A stretch of DNA of 64,000 bases. It comes from an uncultured Candidatus Saccharibacteria bacterium. Lineage in GTDB: Bacteria; Patescibacteriota; Saccharimonadia; Saccharimonadales; UBA7683. The notes under the pieces are model-generated. The model saw nothing but the letters and a program-made list of their open reading frames with translations. It was not told the origin of the DNA and did no database searches. The stretch's first letter is position 1. Every line of letters begins with the position of its first letter. The position numbers were made by a program, and so were the translations under genes. Positions 11,042 to 18,982 of the stretch are shown here, piece by piece. Location: the NCBI GenBank assembly GCA_964397855.1, contig CAYNKQ010000002.1, positions 3,884-67,883 of the forward strand, in the 5' to 3' direction.

Positions 11042-11569
11042 ATCGCTAGACAACCCCAAACACGCCTGAATCACGCAATTCGAGCACCAGAACTTAGAAT
11101 CATTGACGAGAACGGCGACCAAGCTGGCGTAATGACACGCAGCGAGGCAATGCAACGAGCAGAACTTGCTGGATTAGATCTTGTAGAAGTTTCGCCCAAT
11201 GCCAACCCTCCCGTTGCACGTATCGTTGACTGGGGTAAATACAACTATCAAAAGACCAAAGCGGCCCAAAAACAAAAGAAACTAACAAAAAGTGTTGATC
11301 TAAAACAGATACGACTCGGCATGAGAATCGGTGACAATGATCTTGAGATCAAACTTAATCGTGCTCGCAAGTTCCTAGAGGCTGGCCATAAGGTTAAAGT
11401 TATGTTACTCTATAGGGGTAGAGAAAATGCTCATAAAGAGCTTGGATTCACTTTATTTGAGCGAATCACTCAAAAACTCGAAGACGTTGCGGCAGTGGAT
11501 CAACCAGCTCAACTCAACGGGAGAAATTTAACCATTACTTACAGGAGAGCTACCAATGCCAAAACTTAA
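11042..11569 (+). CDS. infC: Translation initiation factor IF-3 (non-AUG start)
   Basis: The frame is open from 11030. In-frame upstream sequence [37 protein letters not shown] is the conserved IF-3 N-terminus. I take ATC at 11042, 7 nt after GGAG (11031-11034); ATA at 11036 is possible. The track ATG at 11132 would truncate the N-domain. Confidence 0.85.
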   Translation: MARQPQTRLNHAIRAPELRIIDENGDQAGVMTRSEAMQRAELAGLDLVEVSPNANPPVARIVDWGKYNYQKTKAAQKQKKLTKSVDLKQIRLGMRIGDNDLEIKLNRARKFLEAGHKVKVMLLYRGRENAHKELGFTLFERITQKLEDVAAVDQPAQLNGRNLTITYRRATNAKT

Positions 11570-11750
11570 AACCCATAAAGGGACAGCCAAACGTGTGAAA
11601 AAGTCTGCCACGGGTAAACTTATTCGTGAACGAGCGTTTAAGAATCACCTACTTTCAGGCAAATCAGCTAGCCGAAAGCGAAATAACACAGGCGCCCAGA
11701 GTGTTAGTGCTGGTGATACTAAAAGTGTAAAAAGAGCTCTTGGAATATAA
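11556..11750 (+). CDS. rpmI: 50S ribosomal protein L35
   Basis: [33 protein letters not shown]. Overlaps the infC stop by 14 nt. Canonical infC-rpmI-rplT order. Confidence 0.95.
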   Translation: MPKLKTHKGTAKRVKKSATGKLIRERAFKNHLLSGKSASRKRNNTGAQSVSAGDTKSVKRALGI

Positions 11751-11784
11751 GAGCATCTGAAATTTAGGAATTAAGGAGTAAACT

Positions 11785-12126
11785 ATGCGAGTTAAACGAG
11801 GTGTTACAAGCCACCACAGACACAAGAAAGTTATCAAAGCTGCCAAAGGTATGCAGCATAATCGTCGAACCTCTATCAAGATGGCTCGCCAGGGTGTTAT
11901 TCGGGCGCTACAATATGCATACCGAGACCGCCGCAACAAGAAACGAGACTTTCGTGGTCTTTGGATAACAAGAATTAACGCAGCAGTTCGTGAACACGGT
12001 GTTAGCTATAGCGTTTTCATGAACAATCTTAAGAAAAATGACGTGCAAATAGACCGTAAAATCCTCAGCGAACTTGCGGTAAACCACCCAACTGCAATCA
12101 CTGAACTTGTGAAACTTACAAAGTAA
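11785..12126 (+). CDS. rplT: 50S ribosomal protein L20
   Basis: MRVKRGVTSHHRHKKVIKAAKGMQHNRRTSIKMARQGVIRALQYAYRDRRNKKRDFRGLWITRINAA. Confidence 0.95.
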   Translation: MRVKRGVTSHHRHKKVIKAAKGMQHNRRTSIKMARQGVIRALQYAYRDRRNKKRDFRGLWITRINAAVREHGVSYSVFMNNLKKNDVQIDRKILSELAVNHPTAITELVKLTK

Positions 12127-12150
12127 CATCTGTGTCTGCACCCAAGCACT

Positions 12151-12180
12151 AAAAAATCTCCGCGAAACGGAGATTTTTTA
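12151..12180. terminator. Bidirectional rho-independent terminator shared by rplT (+) and rnpB (-)
   Basis: AAAAAATCTCCG-cgaaa-CGGAGATTTTTT. A-run and T-run flank a 7-bp GC-containing stem. Confidence 0.8.
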
Positions 12181-12528
12181 GTGTCAGATCATCTGTAAGC
12201 CGGGTTCTGTCGAGGATAATCATCTATCTAGACTTGTTGTTGCCAATAAGTTCAAGCGGTTCTTGCGGCACGATCACGGCGGACCGCCTATTGTGACCAC
12301 GCCTCCTTGCAGCAGACAGGGTTTACCTCTCTTCCATGTCACCATGGCCGACTGTGGGCTTTTACCCCACTCGTTTCACCTTTTCCCTTCAACAAGTTCA
12401 GGGTAGTTTCGTTTCTGTGGCACTTTCCCTAGGGTCACCCCCGGTTGCCGTTAGCAACTGTCTCGTCCTGTGCTGCCCGGACTTTCCTCTCCCAATAAAT
12501 TGGGGGCGATCATCCAATGATCTGACAC
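12181..12528 (-). ncRNA. rnpB: RNase P RNA, bacterial type A
   Basis: The minus strand contains GAGAGGAAAGUCCGGGC (rc of 12475-12491), GGGAAAGUGCCACAGAAA, GGUAAACCC and ACAGAACCCGGCUUAC (rc of 12195-12210). The P1 helix is formed by GUGUCAGAUCAU and AUGAUCUGACAC at the two ends. Confidence 0.9.
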
Positions 12529-12543
12529 ACTCAGTATACCAGA

Positions 12544-13398
12544 TCAGTTGACAGGAACATGCGCATCAAGAATTTCATTCACTTTTGAATCTGCAACAAC
12601 ATTCAGCTCTCTCGGGATATGATTGAAACGAACCTGCTTAAAGCGCTGGGTTAATTCTCGTATCTGCTGATTTAGCGGCCACAAGTCTCGATTCTTTATC
12701 TTGTACAACCCATTCATCTGGTTAACGACCATCAGACTATCAATATTACACAAAATTGTGTCACTCGAGCCAGCAAATTTTGTAACAGCCTCTAGCGCCA
12801 ACAATAAACCCCTGTATTCAGCCTGATTATTACTCGTAATACCTATGTACGAGCCGCCTGATTCGACTATTTCGTTGAAACTGTTGTAAATAACATAGCC
12901 CGAAGCCGATGGACCCGGATTGCCCCTGGAGCCTCCATCAGAATGTATAGTAAACGTTGTGTTTTTCTCTTCAATCGAATACGATCTGCTTTGGCCGAGA
13001 TATTGGTCTAAAATTATCCTGGCATCAGGTAATACAACGTCATCCATATCTGATAATAAATCTACCCACTGATAGTCGCTATGCGATGGGGCGAGTTCTA
13101 CAGACTTTGTCTCGTCGTATGACAGTTCGAATACAATGCGCAGATATCGACCCTGCCTATTTTTTGATGCAAAGCTTGCATAGTACATAGGAATCACTCT
13201 TTTTAACGAAAGCTCCTCAGACAGCTTACGAATCAGACTATCCTCAAGATTCAAGCCTTCCGCAACCTTGCCACCCGGTAGCTCAAGATACCCCGGTAAG
13301 TAACTGTCGGATTGCGAACGACGCATTAATAGCACCTGACCCTTGCCATTATGGATAACGGCGTTAACGAAAACCGCCTGTCGATTCAACTCACTCAT
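12544..13398 (-). CDS. Nudix-fold domain fused to an RNase H (type 1) domain
   Basis: 284 aa. N-half carries a Nudix-like box GGKVAEGLNLEDSLIRKLSEELSL, degenerate relative to GX5EX7REUXEEXGU. C-half reads FTIHSDGGSRGNPGPSASGYVIY...NNQAEYRGLLLALE...DSLMVVNQMNG...HIPRELNVVADSKVNE (DEDD RNase H pattern). Confidence 0.8.
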   Translation of the reverse strand: MSELNRQAVFVNAVIHNGKGQVLLMRRSQSDSYLPGYLELPGGKVAEGLNLEDSLIRKLSEELSLKRVIPMYYASFASKNRQGRYLRIVFELSYDETKSVELAPSHSDYQWVDLLSDMDDVVLPDARIILDQYLGQSRSYSIEEKNTTFTIHSDGGSRGNPGPSASGYVIYNSFNEIVESGGSYIGITSNNQAEYRGLLLALEAVTKFAGSSDTILCNIDSLMVVNQMNGLYKIKNRDLWPLNQQIRELTQRFKQVRFNHIPRELNVVADSKVNEILDAHVPVN

Positions 13399-13415
13399 GC
13401 TTAAAGTCTACTACA

Positions 13416-13934
13416 CTAAAGTATGATACACCTAGGCCACGCTGCGGTTCGGTAACCGAGGCAGAAGATATGCCAGTTCTCACAGTATTCACCGATCTTG
13501 GAGAAAGCCTTATCCTGGCTAAAATGGTGCTGTCCTTGCAGTATATTCGTGAGATTAAAGAGTGAACCGCCCATTTTTGCAACGACAGCTAGCGGATTTG
13601 CCCCAACTGTGAGCCTGTAATCTTCGAGACAGCTACACTGGGATTTGTCTAAAATAAACGCAGCCTCAGCCACCTCTGGGGGTGTACCCCTACCAACTAA
13701 GTGGTCGCGGGTGAGTTCTTTATTGTCTTCTGGGCCGTCGTGAAGCAGAGCCGTCGCCTGGTAAAGCTCGCCGTGCCCCATTGCAGCTACAATCTGAGCC
13801 ACGGGTATAAGATGTGCGTCCACATAATTCTCACCCCCGTAAAGTTGATTCATATGTATTTCCCTTGCCATATTCTCAATAACCAAGAGTAGCGTGTTGC
13901 CCGTCAGTTCCTGACGCAAGGCCGTACTACTCAA
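13416..13934 (-). CDS. HD-domain phosphohydrolase-like protein
   Basis: 172 aa. YGGENYVDAHLIPVAQIV...ATALLHDGPED (H...HD motif). The track start is TTG at 13934; ATG at 13871 is an alternative. Confidence 0.7.
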   Translation of the reverse strand: MSSTALRQELTGNTLLLVIENMAREIHMNQLYGGENYVDAHLIPVAQIVAAMGHGELYQATALLHDGPEDNKELTRDHLVGRGTPPEVAEAAFILDKSQCSCLEDYRLTVGANPLAVVAKMGGSLFNLTNILQGQHHFSQDKAFSKIGEYCENWHIFCLGYRTAAWPRCIIL

Positions 13935-13982
13935 CCTATTAAAGTTGCCCGTATGCCTCCTTCTTCAGGAAACTTTAAGTAT

Positions 13983-14037
13983 ATAAAAAGCGGCTGTACA
14001 CAAAGCTTCCAAATCTAGCAATTTGACTTTGTGTAGC
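13983..14037 (-). terminator. Hairpin plus U-tract downstream of tRNA-Pro
   Basis: Minus strand: GCUACACAAAG (14037-14027), 21-nt loop, CUUUGUGUACAGC (14005-13993), then CGCUUUUUAU. Confidence 0.5.
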
Positions 14038-14121
14038 AACCGCAATGGACGAGAATAGTTCTCCGCTGACCTACTACAGTATATATTGTAAATTCTCTAC
14101 ATAAACTATGCAACAATCCGG

Positions 14122-14197
14122 TGGTCGGGATGACAGGACTTGAACCTGCGACCTCACGGCCCCCAGCCGTGCGCGCTACCAGCTGCGCCACACCCCG
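14122..14197 (-). tRNA. tRNA-Pro (anticodon GGG), CCA encoded
   Basis: Minus strand CGGGGUG-UG-GCGC-AGCUGGUA-GCGC-G-CACGG-CUGGGGG-CCGUG-AGGUC-GCAGG-UUCAAGU-CCUGU-CAUCCCG-ACCA. Full cloverleaf folded by hand. Confidence 0.9.
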
Positions 14198-14261
14198 TTA
14201 GCTCCTATGTACATCTGTTTGATCCAGTTTTCCCTTTTCAGCTTGGGTACAGCCATTAAAC

Positions 14262-14394
14262 ACCCTCGACGATGTAGCTGATTTGACCTGATGTAATACC
14301 AGGTGGGCACTCTCAACTGCAACCCACGGGTAGCAGTCATATTAAGCTCCCATTCAAAATGTATTCAGTAAATCAGCTACATACATCCGAAGGT
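14262..14394 (-). ncRNA. Candidate 133-nt long-hairpin ncRNA upstream of tRNA-Pro (class unknown; 6S-like or atypical SRP-like architecture)
   Basis: 5' ACCUUCGG and AUGUAGCUGAUUU pair with 3' AAAUCAGCUACAU and UCGAGGGU (8 + 13 bp). Further helices follow: ACUGA/UCAG-GU, AUAC/GUAU, UGGG/CCCA, GCUU/GAGU, ACUGC/GCAGU, with apex CC-CGUG-GG. Four G-U pairs exist only in the minus-strand reading. Confidence 0.35.
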
Positions 14395-14400
14395 ACTTCC

Positions 14401-14409
14401 ATTATATCA
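14401..14409 (-). promoter_or_regulatory. Extended -10 promoter (TGaTATAAT) for the hairpin RNA / tRNA-Pro transcript
   Basis: The rc of 14401-14409 is TGATATAAT. The 7th nt downstream is A at 14394, the first paired base of the hairpin. Confidence 0.5.
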
Positions 14410-14499
14410 GGCATCCACAGACTATCACCCCTTGACCTGCAGCCAAAAAAACAGTAGTATGTATCATTGAAACCATTAACAAATGTATAAGGTAATAAT

Positions 14500-14691
14500 A
14501 TGTCACAAATATGTGAATTAACGGGCAAAGGAAAGCAGTACGGCAGCAATGTCAGCTTTTCAATGCGTCACACCAAAAAGGTATGGAAACCAAACCTTCA
14601 GAAGAAGACATTCATGCTTGATGGCAAAAAAGTAACTATGAAAATTAGTACTCAAGCTATTCGTACACTGAAGAAAAACGGCATCCTCTAG
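14500..14691 (+). CDS. rpmB: 50S ribosomal protein L28
   Basis: MSQICELTGKGKQYGSNVSFSMRHTKKVWKPNLQKKTF. SD-like sequence taaGGTaataatATG. Confidence 0.93.
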   Translation: MSQICELTGKGKQYGSNVSFSMRHTKKVWKPNLQKKTFMLDGKKVTMKISTQAIRTLKKNGIL

Positions 14692-14708
14692 AACAGAGCG
14701 CCAATATT

Positions 14709-14737
14709 AAAAAAACGAGCAAGTAGCTCGTTTTTTT
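14709..14737. terminator. Bidirectional terminator between convergent rpmB and the MBL-fold gene
   Basis: AAAAAAACGAGC-aagta-GCTCGTTTTTTT. Confidence 0.75.
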
Positions 14738-14753
14738 AATATTGATAATCGCG

Positions 14754-15380
14754 TTACTGCCGTTTGAGTACCTGGACAGTGAGTTGGTCAGGAAGTGCCT
14801 TAAATTTGTACTTATCCAATTGCTCTTCGGCAACCGGAGCACTGAGCTCTTTAACAAACAGTTCAATCTCTTGCTGGGGTACTTCATATGTCAAACCATC
14901 ATCAGCAGCGTGAACGGGTATGACTAACTTGGGTTCAATGTCACGCACTACTAAAGCAGCGCCTACGGCATCAAGCGTGTAACCCGAACCACCTACCGGC
15001 ACAATAACTACGTCAATCATACCGATTGCCTCAAGCTGTTCCTCGGTTAGCTTAGGGGCTATGTGACCAGTAAATAACATGGTGATATCGTTAGAGGTGA
15101 CTCTGTACACAGTAGCGCTCTTATCACCTGTCGCGCCCATGTGCGGCTGAGCAGAGATACCCTTAACCGAGTAGTCTTCAAATTCATATTCACCAGGACC
15201 ATCTACAACAAATACAGCCTCTGTGCCTTTGGGAATAAATGCAGGCTGTGTAGCAAGAACTGTGCTAACTTTCTTAAGATCAGCTTTAATATTTGTAATA
15301 TCACTAACCGGGTCAATCAATATTGATGACTTCTTTGTTGTAATTTTAATGCTATTTGCACCGTAATACTGTAGTTCCAT
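14754..15380 (-). CDS. MBL-fold (beta-lactamase-like) hydrolase family protein
   Basis: 208 aa. MELQYYGANSIKITTKKSSILIDP ... VVIVPVGGSGYTLD ... KLVIPVH. Resembles the UlaG/UPF0173-like subgroup. Confidence 0.7.
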   Translation of the reverse strand: MELQYYGANSIKITTKKSSILIDPVSDITNIKADLKKVSTVLATQPAFIPKGTEAVFVVDGPGEYEFEDYSVKGISAQPHMGATGDKSATVYRVTSNDITMLFTGHIAPKLTEEQLEAIGMIDVVIVPVGGSGYTLDAVGAALVVRDIEPKLVIPVHAADDGLTYEVPQQEIELFVKELSAPVAEEQLDKYKFKALPDQLTVQVLKRQ

Positions 15381-15391
15381 TGGTGTGTCTC

Positions 15392-15994
15392 CTATTTAGT
15401 CTCTAGAAATTTTTTAACAAGCCCACTGTTGTCCGTGAGCACTGAATGTTTGGTCGTAAGTGCAGTAATAATAAACCGATCCTTGATATCAAGGCGATAC
15501 TTGAACTCGCTCTCTGGCATAATAGTGTACCGAACAGCATTGCCCTCTTCAAGCTCAACCGTCTTCATAAGTTTCTCAAGCTTCTGTTTGTTACTTGAAC
15601 CTACTAATATGAGATCTATCTCTGTACCCTGCTGGCCCACAAGTGCCCCGCACGCAATTATTACATCGAAAGCACCCACGGCCTGGAGCCGCTTAAGGAG
15701 ATCTCCTTGCGAAGCAGTAGAAACGTCTTGCTGAGGAACTTCTACTGAAAATATTGATTGCAGCGCCTTGAAGTGTTTGTACCCCTGATTAACCTCGTAG
15801 TACAACTTATTGTTTGCGCTATCGGACTTAATAATACCGATACCCATTAGGTTGGATAGCTCTCGACGAACCGAGTTAATTTGTTCGTCGATTTTACGAG
15901 TAAGCTCACGAACGTAAAAAGATCTACCTGGGTTAGCCAGGAAAAGTTGGAGTAGCTTCACCCTCGTTTTCGAACCAAATAACTGCTCAATCAT
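15392..15994 (-). CDS. Winged-helix (ArsR/MarR-like) transcriptional regulator-like protein
   Basis: 200 aa. The N-terminus SKTRVKLLQLFLANPGRSFYVRELTRKIDEQINSVRRELSNL is a typical wHTH segment. Confidence 0.6.
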   Translation of the reverse strand: MIEQLFGSKTRVKLLQLFLANPGRSFYVRELTRKIDEQINSVRRELSNLMGIGIIKSDSANNKLYYEVNQGYKHFKALQSIFSVEVPQQDVSTASQGDLLKRLQAVGAFDVIIACGALVGQQGTEIDLILVGSSNKQKLEKLMKTVELEEGNAVRYTIMPESEFKYRLDIKDRFIITALTTKHSVLTDNSGLVKKFLETK

Positions 15995-16064
15995 TGTAGG
16001 GCTATTGTATCAGAACTTGGTATGCACTACTAGATTGTTCAGTATATTCAATTAGTAGATTCGT

Positions 16065-16790
16065 CTAACGGGGGCGTTTTGCGGCAACTGCAGCAGCCTG
16101 CAACTCTAGAAAATCGTCCAGAGGCTTTAATTCTGTGTTCAAGCCATACTTTCTCAGGAGTGCTCTGCGTATGAGTTCGTCTGCAAAAATAGGATTCTTT
16201 GCAAGCACTGGACCATGCAGGTACGTTGCGAACACATTATCGACCACAGCGCCTTCTTCACCTGATATACCATTATTGCCCGCACCTTTCACTACCTCCC
16301 CCAGAGATTTCACCCCAGAACCTAAGAATGTACGTCCGGAATGATTTTCAAATCCTACAAGGCTGCCGAACTCACTTTTAATGAGAGTATTTCCGATCAA
16401 ACGCTCCTCGCTCGCTTTTGTTTCGAGGTTAATAATCCCGATACCAGCAATTTCGCTTTCGTCACTTAAGATAAACCGATTACCAAATAGCTGGTACATC
16501 CCGCAGATCATAAGTGAAACGAGTCCGTCAGAACACTGAGCCCGCAGCTCATTAGCGTACTTCTGTAAATCAGCCTGTACGAGTGTTTGGTTAGAATCTT
16601 GACCACCACCGCCAATCATAATATCAACAGCTGTGTCTGTAATCGACTTCAAACTGTCTATAGGCACATAGGCAACTGTGTACCCACGCTGTTCAAGTCG
16701 GTAGCGCAGCGTAATAAAATTACCCATGTCTCCGTACACATTCATCTGTTTTGGATACAGATGTCCGATTGTAATCTTTTGCTTTACCAT
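16065..16790 (-). CDS. gatD: Lipid II isoglutaminyl synthase, glutaminase subunit GatD
   Basis: 241 aa. LYPKQMNVYGDMGNFITLRYR, MICGMYQLFGNRF (nucleophile Cys), GFENHSGRT, ATYLHGPVLAKNP. Overlaps murT by 7 nt. Confidence 0.85.
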   Translation of the reverse strand: MVKQKITIGHLYPKQMNVYGDMGNFITLRYRLEQRGYTVAYVPIDSLKSITDTAVDIMIGGGGQDSNQTLVQADLQKYANELRAQCSDGLVSLMICGMYQLFGNRFILSDESEIAGIGIINLETKASEERLIGNTLIKSEFGSLVGFENHSGRTFLGSGVKSLGEVVKGAGNNGISGEEGAVVDNVFATYLHGPVLAKNPIFADELIRRALLRKYGLNTELKPLDDFLELQAAAVAAKRPR

Positions 16791-18088
16791 ATGCGAGGAA
16801 CCTCTCCGTACTTTGACAGTGCTGACCTGACCTCAAATAAAGCGGTATATGTAGGTATTATTACAACATTATTGTAATCGCTCTTCATCAACATTTGAAT
16901 CATAGCTGGCACCGAACTATCAGTCTCAGTCGCAAATCCATCTTGTTTCAATCTTAAGGCCATATCATAAGCACGTACGCCACTCGTGAACAATTTCATG
17001 TCATCCGTGATCTTGGAAGTGAAGTCAACATCCCAGAGCCAAGACACGTCCCTACCGTCTGCAAGCTTATCGTTTACGACAAAAAGCACCGCGTCCGGCT
17101 TTGACCGACTCACGAAAGTGTCGAGATTTGTAGTAAATCCACTTGGATTCTTTACCAAGGCAACTGTTATAACCTTACCCCCAAAGTGCAGTTGTTCACC
17201 TCGACCAAATGGGATTGGCATCTTGCCTATTGCATCAAGTTGCCGCGCTACGTTATCTGAATCAAGTGAGATCATTGCAGCCGCAGCGGCAGTAACATTG
17301 AGCGCATTATGGAAACCCTGAACAGGAATTGTGAATTGATACCTATCATCTTCTCCACCCCCACCCCATTCAATCGTAAGAGATTGGTTATTGCCGGAGA
17401 CCCCGACGTCTAGGAGCACCACGTCCGGTCTTACGGGTTCTACCTCAAGGCCAACGCCCTGAGTAGACTGTTCGTTCGACACCTTCTCGAGCAAATGCTG
17501 GACTGCTCCAAAAGAAGTAACCTGACCACCTTTCGCACGCAGCTCGTCGGCAGTGTTAACCATCAATGGATCGAGACTATTATAAACGAACAGATCACAG
17601 TTCATGGCAGCTTGCTTAATAAAATTTGCGGTGATATCAATCTCGCCATATCTGTCAAGTTGATCACGCAACACGTTTAAACCAATTAGTAGACGTGGCG
17701 ATATATTTTCCGTAAAGCGTGGCGCATAGGCCTCGTCCATTTCGAATACGAACCAATCGGTAGGCTTAATTGAGCCTAAATACGTCATATCCTCTATGAG
17801 TGCTGATATCAAACCCCTGGTCATATTACTGCCAGTTGTATTTGTGACAACTCGTGCGCCAGACCCACGAAGCCCATCTACAAGCATTTTTGTAGTTGTG
17901 GTCTTCCCGTTTGTTCCGGTCACTAAGATTATTTGTTTTTCTACCGAAGCTAGGCTTTTAGTTAAAAAACTTGGATACAGTCGCTCGATAACCAACCCGG
18001 GCAATGCCGAACCATTCTTGCCAGCAAGTCGCAAAACCTTAATCAACACTTTACATATAAATACGAGAAATCTTCGATACATTACCAC
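16784..18088 (-). CDS. murT: Lipid II isoglutaminyl synthase, Mur-ligase-like subunit MurT
   Basis: 434 aa. Mur ligase P-loop VTGTNGKTTTTKM. C-terminal DUF1727-like region DGRDVSWLWDVDF. Paired with gatD. Confidence 0.85.
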   Translation of the reverse strand: MVMYRRFLVFICKVLIKVLRLAGKNGSALPGLVIERLYPSFLTKSLASVEKQIILVTGTNGKTTTTKMLVDGLRGSGARVVTNTTGSNMTRGLISALIEDMTYLGSIKPTDWFVFEMDEAYAPRFTENISPRLLIGLNVLRDQLDRYGEIDITANFIKQAAMNCDLFVYNSLDPLMVNTADELRAKGGQVTSFGAVQHLLEKVSNEQSTQGVGLEVEPVRPDVVLLDVGVSGNNQSLTIEWGGGGEDDRYQFTIPVQGFHNALNVTAAAAAMISLDSDNVARQLDAIGKMPIPFGRGEQLHFGGKVITVALVKNPSGFTTNLDTFVSRSKPDAVLFVVNDKLADGRDVSWLWDVDFTSKITDDMKLFTSGVRAYDMALRLKQDGFATETDSSVPAMIQMLMKSDYNNVVIIPTYTALFEVRSALSKYGEVPRIW

Positions 18089-18091
18089 CTA

Positions 18092-18982
18092 CTATACTAG
18101 ATCTCCTCCTTGCTTCACAAACTCAACCGCGGCCTCAACAAGCTCTGATGAATCAGCAAACCAATCTATATCGTCACTTCGCTTAAACCAAGTTCTCTGG
18201 CGCTTTGCAAGTTTCATATCTGCTTGCACGAACGCACTTCTGAGTTCACTTTCACTAATTTCATCATTTAGATACCGAGTTACAGCACTGTAGCCAGGGG
18301 TCTTTAGAGACTCAACTGGTCCGTATACTTCGAGTAGTTGACAGGCTTCTTCTAGAAATCCATTGTCGAACATCAACTCAACTCGCTTGGTCACTCGGGA
18401 TCTAAGCTCGTCTCGGTCAAGAGTAATTCCTAGGACGACTGTTCTATCTCGAAGTTCTTGCTTAAACTTAGGGGCACCGTTACGCTCAATAGCTCGAATA
18501 ACATGCCGACGATTTTTTGTGTTCAAGAAATCAGTGTTGATATTTTTTGTGTTCAAAATCGTTGTTAATTCATCATCAGTCATCTGTTCTAGGGATAGCC
18601 TAGTTGTTGTATCAACTCTACCTAAGAATTGAAAATTATACAACAGTGCATCAATATATAGGCCGGTCCCACCCACAACAATCGGGGTTCTTCCCCTATT
18701 GGCAACTTCTTGAATACATTTGTTTGCAAGCTCCTGAAAGCGAGCGACGCTGAAAGTTTCATCAGGTTCGACAATGTTTATTAAGTGATGCGGAATATTC
18801 TGCTGCTCCTGCAAGCTTGGCTTAGCCGTACCTATATCCATTTTTTTGTATACAGTGCGTGAATCTGCACAAATAATTTCACCGTCTACCTTTTTTGCTA
18901 CTTGAATAGCGGCCGCAGTCTTGCCACTAGCAGTTTCCCCTACAATAACGACTAAAGGAGTCTGGGCTGGTTTGGATTCCAT
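18092..18982 (-). CDS. miaA: tRNA dimethylallyltransferase
   Basis: 296 aa. VVIVGETASGKTAAAIQVAKK...IICADSRTVYKKMDIGTAKP...IPHHLINIVEP...PIVVGGTGLYIDALL. Confidence 0.9.
   Translation of the reverse strand: MESKPAQTPLVVIVGETASGKTAAAIQVAKKVDGEIICADSRTVYKKMDIGTAKPSLQEQQNIPHHLINIVEPDETFSVARFQELANKCIQEVANRGRTPIVVGGTGLYIDALLYNFQFLGRVDTTTRLSLEQMTDDELTTILNTKNINTDFLNTKNRRHVIRAIERNGAPKFKQELRDRTVVLGITLDRDELRSRVTKRVELMFDNGFLEEACQLLEVYGPVESLKTPGYSAVTRYLNDEISESELRSAFVQADMKLAKRQRTWFKRSDDIDWFADSSELVEAAVEFVKQGGDLV

Noticed and set aside
12336-12551. 71-aa plus-strand ORF from the track
   Set aside because: It lies entirely antisense to the RNase P RNA gene (12181-12528). It has no SD and a low-complexity, unprotein-like sequence.
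13391-13582. 63-aa ORF overlapping the 3' end of the HD-domain gene
   Set aside because: It is an alternative frame of a better-supported gene (13416-13934) and has no independent signals.
14262-14394. Interpretation of the long hairpin as a canonical 4.5S/SRP RNA
   Set aside because: The plus strand contains UACCAGGU and GGUAGCAGUCA, which recall SRP domain IV. In that orientation, however, the 5' side is about 17 nt too long, there is no GNRA apex, and the G-U pairs become C-A mismatches. I kept it as an unclassified minus-strand RNA candidate.
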